DNA from: Eledone cirrhosa
Lineage: Eukaryota
DNA length: 64,000 nucleotides
NCBI GenBank assembly: GCA_964016885.1
Contig: OZ024741.1
Span: 67,890,001 to 67,954,000 of the forward strand
Reading direction: 5' to 3'
Shown: positions 55,801 to 64,000 of the stretch, in pieces
How positions within the stretch are numbered: position 1 is the first letter of the stretch
Layout of the letters: every line of letters begins with the position of its first letter
Position numbers and translations under genes: made by a program
The notes under the pieces: generated by a model
Seen by the model: only the letters and a program-made list of their open reading frames with translations
The model's database searches: none
What the model was told of the DNA's origin: nothing

Positions 55801-56278
55801 CCGAGGAGCCTTGCCAGTTCGGGATAAACTCTACAGGCATGGAGGTGCCGTCAGCCGGGCATGTCCGAGATGCGCGCAGGGCGACGAAACCGTCCTGCAC
55901 GCACTCGTCCAGTGTCCGAAAATTGCTGACTTGTGGGTTTATGTCGAACACCTGCTGTCGCGTTTAGGACGGATCCGGCTATCATCTGAGTCCATCGTGA
56001 GGATTGCCCCGCCCTCCTCCTTTAGCCGGGAAGGGCAGGCAGTTTTTATCTGCCTGGTGGCCATGGTGAAAGAGATAGTATGGTGGACACGTTTGAAAGG
56101 GCTGAAGACGAGCACTTACCTCTTCGGCGATGCTCTGATTGACTTTTTCAAATTTCATTTGAAAAGGAAAATCAGAGTAGAGAGGGAAGTGCTCTCTTCC
56201 CAGCATTTTGTTGAAAGATGGGTGAGAGAAGCAAGAATGGCCCGAGTGAATGGGCCTACTCTGAGTATATATCTGTAA
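52860..56278 (+). pseudogene. Tx1 ORF2 (APE endonuclease + reverse transcriptase) with a single frameshift near 53780
   Basis: 52860-53789 has APE motifs (SINVRGL, VAISET, VYAP, LVGDWN, SYLDRVF, TDHK, GYWKLN). 53834-56278 has KSPGFDGLP, NFRPITLLN, LDQSKAFDRVDH, VRQGCPLS, YADD and CPRC...ETVLHALVQC. The second frame is already open from about 53783 (ELVRKLDEAL). Confidence 0.9.
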
Positions 56279-56540
56279 ATTAAAGGTGGAAAACTGGGAG
56301 AGGGCACTTGCCTTGGTGGTCAGGGTCATTGTGGCTTTTTACTGGGCTTTCTCCACAAATGTCCCTCCGAAGTCTGCCCCCTATTGGGGAATTTTTCATT
56401 GTTATTTTTTGTTACATCCTCTGTTTTTGTTTTTTACACGCAGAAATGCCCATTTGTACCGTCCTGCATTGTCCTGCACTGTCCTTAATGTCTACTTTAT
56501 GTAAACCCTTGTGGTTAATAAAGAAATCATTATTATTATT

Positions 56541-59500
56541 ATTGTTATTGTTATTCCTTGAATCTCAGTCATTGATGTTGGTTAACTGGAAAGTCCGTTG
56601 GATTGAATATCAAGCCACTACCTGCAGCCTCAGATATTCAGGACGTATCGGAGGGTTCTTGCTGTTCCAAGCAAGCATGCCTTTTGAAGCGTTCCAAAAA
56701 GCGTGAAGGGGCCGATTTTCTTCAACCATCCCTGGAAAACTTTGGAGATAGTCCCCAGTGCGCCTATGACAATCGGGATCACTTTGACTTCATGGCAGTT
56801 CCAAATCCTTTTCACCTCCCACTTTAGGTCCTGGTATCGGTTAATTTTCTCCCTCTCCTTCTCTTGCACTCTCGTGTCGAACGGGCAGGCCACATCCACA
56901 ATCAGGCACGATCTTTTTTCTTTGTCCACAACCACCAGGTCAGGTCTATTGTGTTCCAGTTTTTTGTCCGTCTGTATCCTAAAATCCCACAGCACCTTCA
57001 CCTGACTGTTCTCCATCACCGCCTCTGGCCTATGCTCATACCATTTCTCAGAATGTGGTAGATTGTTTACTTTGCACAGGTGCCAGTGGATCACCCTGCC
57101 CATCACATCGTGTCTCCAGCCCTTATAGTGGGTCTGGGCTAGGTGTTTACACTCGGACACAATGTGAGCCACAGTCTCCTCTCTCTCTCCACAGATCCTG
57201 CACAGTGGGCTAGCCTCCTCCTTGTAGATATGGTGTTTCAACCACTTCGTTTTGAGCGCCTGCTCCTGCGCAGCCATTAGCATTCCTTCTGTAGCCTTTT
57301 TGAGGTCTCCTCTTCTCAACCAGTTCCATGTCTGTGGATCTCTAAATTCAGTTTTCTCAAAGAAGGTACTATGAAGGGATTTTCCCTTAAGGCTGCTCTT
57401 CCTCCTTGATGTTATTTCCTCCTTGGACATCCCCTGGCCTACTGTCCCCTCCTTCAGTACAGTTCTGAGCATTGGCTCCTTACTATAGGTCACGTATTTG
57501 TATAGGTTGTTTTTCTCCATCTGAACACAGTCCTCTATGCTGATAAGATCTCTTCCACCCTCAGATCTCCTTAGGTAGAGTCTATCGACATCACTCCTCT
57601 TGTGGAACATGTTGTAGATAGTCAATAGCTTCCTAGTCTTCCTATCCATTTCTTTTTGTTCAGCAACATTCCATCTCAGAATTCCCGCACTGTACCTAAT
57701 AATAGACACAGCTCGGGAATTTACTGCGCTTATGGCATTTCTGCTGTTCAGATGTGACTTCAATACGCTCCTTACTCTCCGAATGTATTCAGTTCTTAAC
57801 AATTCCTTCATTTTTTTGTTCTTTATGCCATCAGCCTCCAGAACGCCCAAATACTTGTATCCTTCCTCAGAGTCAATTTCCTTTATCATCTCACCTGTTG
57901 GTATCTGGATCCCGTTACTTCTGCTCAACCTACCCCTCTTCATCACAATGACTCCACATTTACCAATACCAAACTGCATACATATATCACTGCTGAAAAT
58001 ACGGACAGTGTCAACAAGCACATCCAACTCCTTCTCACTTTTCCCGAAGCGCTTAAGATCGTCCATGAAGAGGAGGTGATTGATGGTAAGCTCTCCCCTT
58101 CCCAACTTGTATCCTGCTCTCACTTTTCGCAGCATAATGGTCAAGGGCATCAGGGCAAGGACAAACAACAGAGGGGACAGGCTATCTCCCTGGAAGATAC
58201 CTCTCTTGATCTTCACGCTTCCCAAGGATACTCCAGTTGATGTCAACTCTGTCTCCCAGGACCCCATACTCCTGCCCAGCAACTGTCTGATGTTATCTGC
58301 CACCCTGAAGATCTCCAGGTTTTTGGTGATCCAGGAATGAGGCACCATGTCAAATGCCTTTCTGTAGTCTATCCATCCCATGGCAAGATCAGTGTGTCTC
58401 CTCCTGCAATTCCCCATTACCATCTTATCAATAAGCAACTGGTCCTTTGTACCACGTGACTTCTTTCGGCATCCTTTCTGTTCGTCCGGTAACAAGTTGT
58501 TTGTGTGGAGGTGATGGTAGATTTCCTCAGACACAATGCTCGTCAACAGTTTCCACATTACGGGCAGACATGTGATAGGTCTATAGTTGGTAACATCATT
58601 ACCCTTGATTCGGTCTTTCATTATCAGAACTGTGGCACCCTTTGTCAACCACTCTGGCACCTCACCCGACACCAAGCAGTCATTGAACATGGCCGTCAGC
58701 TTCGGGTGGAGGGATGTTAAATGTTTAATCCAATACCCCTGCACACCATCTGGGCCTGGTGATTTCCAGTTGGTTAGTTTTTTGGCTTGCCCCTTAAGAG
58801 TTTCAACTGTGATACTCAAATCAGTCTGTTGTTGTGCCTGCTCACCGATCTCCCTCTGTACTGTCTCAATCCACCCTGCCTGGGCATTGTGTCTAACATC
58901 CTGCTCCCATATTCCTCTCCAGAATGTTTTAGCTTGTTCCGCCCCAGGGATCAAGTCGTTGCCTCTTTCTTTCCCCCCAAGCTGTCCAAACAGCATCTTC
59001 TGGTTGTTGTCGAACATGCGGTTCTGTTTATACTGACTGACTCTGTTCTCGTATCGCCTGATTTTTGCACTCTTTGCTACAATGCGTTGCTTCAATTCCT
59101 CTATGATAATATTTAGCTTTTTACTCCTAGTTTTGTATTTTATTTCCAGTCTATTTTTAGTGCCTATGTTTTTTAGTGTCCCATTCAGTAGTGACTCAAG
59201 CTTTCCTATGTCATTTCTCATTTCCCCGATTTGCCCACTCAGTCGCTTCTTCCACCACGGCTCTGCTCTTTCTTGTCTGTTGTTTCCTCTCGCTTTTATA
59301 CCAAGTAGTTTCCTCACCGTATATGCTGTTGCTTTGAGGATATTGTTGCACTGGTGAAGGCTCCTCGCCTCAAGGTATGGGATGACTTTGTTTACCTTAG
59401 CTGTTGTTTCTTTTAACTTTTTCCTGTCTACAAATCTTAGGTTCATAGGTCTCCCACTATCATTGTTCAATTCATCTACCACTAAATTTAGGATGTCAAC

Positions 59501-59786
59501 CGAATCTTGTCCTAGCCCGTCAGCATTCATCTCCTCAGTGGCCGTATCTCTGTTCCAGGTATTATTTATCTCAGTATTCAGATCATTGTCTGCTTCGGGT
59601 GGTTCCTCCGTTCTCAGGACCTCCTCACCTTCATTTCCCATCGGCTCGCTTGTCTGGCATACTACACCCGCCATCTCCAAGCCATTCTCTCTGCTCAGTT
59701 CCTCCAGTTCCAGCTCGCTTATCCACCCATTAGTTCTTATTACCCGAGCCTGCCCGGCCAATTTTTGTTCATCTAATTTAAATAAA

Positions 59787-59787
<1 letters not shown>
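56541..59787 (-). mobile_element. R4/Dong-clade non-LTR retrotransposon copy B, slightly 5'-truncated
   Basis: It is colinear with copy A and shares the same short 3' UTR. The 5' end breaks off just upstream of EQKLAGQARVIRTNGW and runs into (TTA)n at 59788-59843. Confidence 0.93.
56630..59761 (-). CDS. R4/Dong polyprotein (RT + CCHC + restriction-like endonuclease), uninterrupted 1043-aa frame lacking its native N-terminus
   Basis: Motifs include WKSPGPDGVQGYW, GWIDYRKAFDMVPHSW, GIFQGDSLSPLLF, HLLFMDDLK, YKYLGV, CRICGEREETVAHIVSEC, RHD and RPDLVV. The track start is TTG, not ATG. Confidence 0.88.
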   Translation of the reverse strand: MAGQARVIRTNGWISELELEELSRENGLEMAGVVCQTSEPMGNEGEEVLRTEEPPEADNDLNTEINNTWNRDTATEEMNADGLGQDSVDILNLVVDELNNDSGRPMNLRFVDRKKLKETTAKVNKVIPYLEARSLHQCNNILKATAYTVRKLLGIKARGNNRQERAEPWWKKRLSGQIGEMRNDIGKLESLLNGTLKNIGTKNRLEIKYKTRSKKLNIIIEELKQRIVAKSAKIRRYENRVSQYKQNRMFDNNQKMLFGQLGGKERGNDLIPGAEQAKTFWRGIWEQDVRHNAQAGWIETVQREIGEQAQQQTDLSITVETLKGQAKKLTNWKSPGPDGVQGYWIKHLTSLHPKLTAMFNDCLVSGEVPEWLTKGATVLIMKDRIKGNDVTNYRPITCLPVMWKLLTSIVSEEIYHHLHTNNLLPDEQKGCRKKSRGTKDQLLIDKMVMGNCRRRHTDLAMGWIDYRKAFDMVPHSWITKNLEIFRVADNIRQLLGRSMGSWETELTSTGVSLGSVKIKRGIFQGDSLSPLLFVLALMPLTIMLRKVRAGYKLGRGELTINHLLFMDDLKRFGKSEKELDVLVDTVRIFSSDICMQFGIGKCGVIVMKRGRLSRSNGIQIPTGEMIKEIDSEEGYKYLGVLEADGIKNKKMKELLRTEYIRRVRSVLKSHLNSRNAISAVNSRAVSIIRYSAGILRWNVAEQKEMDRKTRKLLTIYNMFHKRSDVDRLYLRRSEGGRDLISIEDCVQMEKNNLYKYVTYSKEPMLRTVLKEGTVGQGMSKEEITSRRKSSLKGKSLHSTFFEKTEFRDPQTWNWLRRGDLKKATEGMLMAAQEQALKTKWLKHHIYKEEASPLCRICGEREETVAHIVSECKHLAQTHYKGWRHDVMGRVIHWHLCKVNNLPHSEKWYEHRPEAVMENSQVKVLWDFRIQTDKKLEHNRPDLVVVDKEKRSCLIVDVACPFDTRVQEKEREKINRYQDLKWEVKRIWNCHEVKVIPIVIGALGTISKVFQGWLKKIGPFTLFGTLQKACLLGTARTLRYVLNI

Positions 59788-59843
<56 letters not shown>

Positions 59844-59980
59844 GTTAACCTCGGCGATTAAGCCCTTGCCATTCTGAGTTCGAATCCTTTCATCCTTACG
59901 GGGTCAATAAAATAAAGTACCGGTAATGAACTGGTTAATTGCTGGCCTTGTGCCAATAAGTAGAAACAATTATTATTATT
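59844..59980 (+). mobile_element. Rearranged, truncated SINE inserted in the (TTA)n tract next to Dong copy B
   Basis: A short inverted piece (gttaacctcggcg) precedes cccttgccattctgagttcgaatcc, the core and the tail agaaacaattattattatt. Confidence 0.75.
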
Positions 59981-60896
59981 ACTTTGAAAGTAATAATAAT
60001 AATATATATATGTATGTATATATGTATATATCTATGTATGTATATGTATGTATATTTGTATATTTGTATATATGTATGTATATTTGTATAAATGTGTGTA
60101 TAAACGTGTATGTTTAAATGTATGTATATTTGTATGTATGTATATATGTATGTATCTATATATGTATGTATCTATATATGTATGTATGTTTGCATGTATG
60201 TATATGCATGTATATATGAATGCTTGCATGTTTGTATGTATATGTGCATGTATGTATGTATGTTTATATGTATGTATGCATGTATGTATGTAATTATGTA
60301 TTTTTGTATGTTTGTATGTTGTATGTATGTATGCATGTATTCAAACTGCGTATGTATGTACACACCCGTAAATCCCGATGGAGTCATAAAGGCGCCGTAT
60401 TGACATACGACCAGTCTTAGCCATTTCAAACTTGGCGGAGACCATCCCTCGCCAGGTCTGAATATACATGGTTTCTTCCAGATGAAGAGAGAGAGAGAGA
60501 GAAAGATAGTGAGGCGTTGACAAAGAGATACAGAAAAGGAGTCGACCCAATACTGAACTAGAAGTTATCTTATCGGTGTCGAATGGATGAAAGCTAAAGT
60601 AGACCTAAGTGAGGGTTACACTCAGGAAGTGTAGAGAGCTGGAACAAATACTGCAAAGTATGCTATCAGATGTAATTCCCACTATATAGATTTGTGACAA
60701 TAAGAGAAAATATCTAATTCCTATAAATGTACGTGTGTATGTATGTTAGCTTTGTATGAATGGAACTGCATCTGTAATTATCGGATGGGGACACATTTGT
60801 AATATTATTCTGCTTGTTATGATATGCTTTCGATTGTTAAGGATGAAACAACTTAATTATGGAAAGAAATCGATGATTTAATTGAATTGTTTTAAT

Positions 60897-61427
60897 ATAA
60901 TTGTTTCTACTTTTGGCACAACGCCACCAAATACCCAGTACATTACTGGTTCTTTATTTTATCGACCCCGTAAGGATGAAAGGCAAAGTTTACCTCAGCG
61001 GGATTTGAACTCAGACCATAAAGCGAGGTAACTCTATACTCAAAGCATGGCGTCCGATTCTCTACCGATACTGCCAATCCACCGCCCTGTTATAATATAA
61101 TGAAATAAAATTATGAAGATGTATAACTATATGCATCAAAATATGAATATTTGTTAAGCCTGTAATTTCCTCGGGTCCCATTAGTTGTTATTATTATTAT
61201 TAAGGGAGGTGGATTGGCAGTATTAGTATAGTGTCGGACAACATGCTTAGTGACATATAGTTACGGCTCTTTACAGCCTGAGTTCAAATCCCGCCGAGGT
61301 TAGCTTTACCTTTCATCCTTACAGTGTCGCTAAAATAAAGTACCAGTCACGCACTAGAGTCGATTTCATCGACTTTCCCATCTCCCGAATAGCTGGCTTT
61401 GTGTCTATAGTAGAAATCATTATTATT
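60897..61427. mobile_element. Inverted (head-to-head) pair of full-length SINEs
   Basis: A minus copy at 60897-61088 and a plus copy at 61203-61427 lie about 115 bp apart. Confidence 0.85.
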
Positions 61428-62117
61428 GCTGTTACTGTTGTTGCTATCCTCAGCATTATCACCATCGTCATTGTCATCATATACATTAATCCAGTATCAA
61501 CAAACTTGTACACCTATGGATACTATATCATTACAAAATAGGAAACAACTCTTGAAGAAACAAGAGTTATACAACCTTCTCACAATGTTTGACAACATTA
61601 TTGCAGATATCTGAATCTATGCACTTCTATCAAATTTGTGTACATTATACAAACATTGGACTATATCACGACAAGCGTGTTTGGCTTTATGCTGAAATAG
61701 GACTATATCTTGCCACAATATATTTGACTTTACCTTCATATATGACTACAACCATCATATAATCTGTAGTCAGGTGAGATTGTTAAACACTTCAGCATCT
61801 TATGTATTTGCCCTTGCTCTAATATACCACTATATCCTTTCTCATAACCTGTAGTCTGTGCCAAAGTGATACTAGAACAATTGTGGCCATGAGCATATGT
61901 GGATTATAAACTTCCTCCAAAGTTTAAAATGATTCTATATACATTCTCAAAATGTCTGACATGTTATTAATATGAGTCTTTATTCTTCCGCAAAAAAATG
62001 TTGTCCTTCGGGTAATATGAAAGATAATAATTATTCTTGTTTGTTGTTATTATTGTTTATATTATCTGACCAGTATTTATTCACTTCTTAATTGATTTTT
62101 TTTATTGTTTTTTTCAG

Positions 62118-62432
62118 TGTGTAATATGTTTGGGCGCAAAAGCAACGATGCAAACTTTCCCTTGTGGACATCGAGTTGTATGCCGGAAGTGCTTCATAAA
62201 AACCATCCAGGTGGCTGTGTCGCAACGATGCTTGCCCCTAAGGTGTGTCATTTGTCGAACGCGCATACTGAAATTGAGACAGAACCCCAAACCCCATTCA
62301 GACAAGCGAGAAGCAAGTGGTGGGAGCAAACATGAAAAGAGTGACGGCAAATCATCGTCACATAAAGATAGGAAAAGTGGTAAATCTGCGCTGGAGAAGG
62401 CAGTTAAATCGGAAGGAAAATCAAAATATTGA
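62118..62432 (+). CDS. Terminal coding exon of a small C3HC4 RING-finger protein (putative E3 ubiquitin ligase)
   Basis: A long polypyrimidine tract ends in TTTTCAG at 62117. The phase-0 frame reads CVICLGAKATMQTFPCGHRVVCRKCFIKTIQVAVSQRCLPLRCVICRTRI, i.e. C-x2-C-x11-C-x-H-x3-C-x2-C-x17-C-x2-C (RING-HC with a PCGH motif). A K/S/E-rich tail follows, then TGA at 62430-62432. There is an AATAAA near 62579. Confidence 0.88.
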   Translation, partial: CVICLGAKATMQTFPCGHRVVCRKCFIKTIQVAVSQRCLPLRCVICRTRILKLRQNPKPHSDKREASGGSKHEKSDGKSSSHKDRKSGKSALEKAVKSEGKSKY

Positions 62433-62902
62433 AATATAAAATAATGAAAGAACGAAAGAAAGAATGAAAGAAGGCAAAGAAGAAAGTAAGAAAGAAAGAA
62501 AGAGAAAAGAAATAAGTGAAGCAGTGAGTAAACGAAATACGATATACGAAATACCAAATAATGAAATATGACATGAAAAATAAAACATGATTAAAGAAGG
62601 AACCGAAGAAAACTAAAACCAAAATGAAATGAAATGATAAAGAAAACAGATACAAATCATTTACAAAATTTAGAAAATGTTTCAAACAACAAACGTTGAA
62701 GTATGATAATAAAACGACAATGTAGATATAACATTTTTGAAAGGAAATTGTGAAGGTTTTAGAAAATTTTAACCAAAAAAAAAGATGTTATTTTTCATTT
62801 TGTTTTTGTAGGTGTGAAATGGGTCTATAGTTTTCCAATGGGGACACATTATTATTAATATTAATAATATTCTACCATTATTATTATTATTATTATTACT
62901 AC

Positions 62903-62966
<64 letters not shown>

Positions 62967-63604
62967 GCAATTATTTTTTTATATTATTCTTAATATTATC
63001 ATTATTATTATACATGTTGTCAATGGATACAATATCTTAAAAGGGATATTCAGTTTATCCTGAAATTTAAGAAAAAAAAAAAAACATATTCCTGTATAGA
63101 TGTAAGAATCTGTTGACAGCTGCGTGCATTTGAGAGACCGTTAGGGTTTATATCGCTCCGTGCCTGTATAATTGTATATGTTTCGGGAATGGTATTCTGT
63201 GTGGGACAGCATGGTTGCGATTTTATTACTTGCAAGTAGAAACAAGTGTACATATACGTGAATTATGTGTATTAACGTAAGAGATGCGGACACAACCCGT
63301 GTTTCATCATCTAAAATAGGTATGTGCACATGTGTGGTTATGTGAATATGCATCTGCGTGTGTGCGCATGAGTGTCTCGTGATACCTGAAAAACACTGAG
63401 AGCACCTTCTTGTAAAAGGTATTGTATATATGTGTATAGTGTATATGCGTGTACATATGAGTGAAAATATTTCTTTTATGTAAATAAAATACGTTCTCAA
63501 GTTTAAATTGTCTTTCTACACACACGCAAATAATCACATCCAAATACGTACACATACACACATACACTCACACAGACACAAACACACATACACACACAGA
63601 CACA

Positions 63605-63761
<157 letters not shown>

Positions 63762-63781
63762 TTATATATATATATATATAC

Positions 63782-63820
<39 letters not shown>

Positions 63821-64000
63821 TATATATACATACACACACACACATATATATATATATGTATGTATGTGTATATATATATATATACATGTATATATATATA
63901 TTTATGTATATATATATATATATATATATACATAAATATATATATATACATGTATATATATATATACACATACATACATATATATATATATATATGTATC

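Larger units (their letters stand above)
50515..56528 (+). mobile_element. Apparently full-length L1/Tx1-clade non-LTR retrotransposon
   Basis: It has a 5' UTR, a broken ORF1 with a zinc knuckle, an ORF2 with APE endonuclease, RT and C-terminal Cys motif, and a 3' UTR ending AATAAAGAAATC. (ATT)n bounds it on both sides. Confidence 0.92.

Noticed and set aside
48141-59787. Dong A and B as LTRs or direct repeats of a composite element carrying the Tx1
   Set aside because: Both are coding LINE bodies with their own 3' tails, different truncation points and many substitutions. They are independent insertions.
48300-59861. Antisense and alternative-frame ORFs within the LINEs
   Set aside because: They are shadow frames of GC-richer coding sequence with no recognisable motifs.
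60361-60484. GC-richer island resembling a LINE 3' end or an exon
   Set aside because: It has no good splice sites in phase with the RING gene and is too short to assign.

Overview
AT-rich, microsatellite-dense eukaryotic DNA. The SINE and LINE repertoire looks like a coleoid cephalopod such as Octopus; this is inference. Most of the window appears to be intron of one + strand gene for a small C3HC4 RING-finger protein. Its exons are a candidate near 7958/8010-8046, a 63-nt exon at 32672-32734 and a terminal exon at 62118-62432. Inside the 29.4-kb last intron, one (ATT/TAA)n tract holds three stacked non-LTR retrotransposons: a truncated R4/Dong copy (-), a full-length L1-Tx1 element (+) and a second R4/Dong copy with an uninterrupted 1043-aa frame (-). 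The dominant tRNA-derived SINE shares its 3' terminus with this Tx1 (CCTTGTG-N8-AGAAATC-ATTATT) and also sits in ATT tracts, which suggests an ATT-targeting Tx1/SINE partnership. The window also has a palindromic array with six type-I hammerhead ribozyme motifs (9569-12048), further hammerhead motifs, Penelope-like remnants, three MITEs, a (CATA)n-associated RTE-like non-autonomous element in three copies, a 34-bp minisatellite and a 200-N gap. Nearly all short ORFs in the supplied track are microsatellite artefacts.
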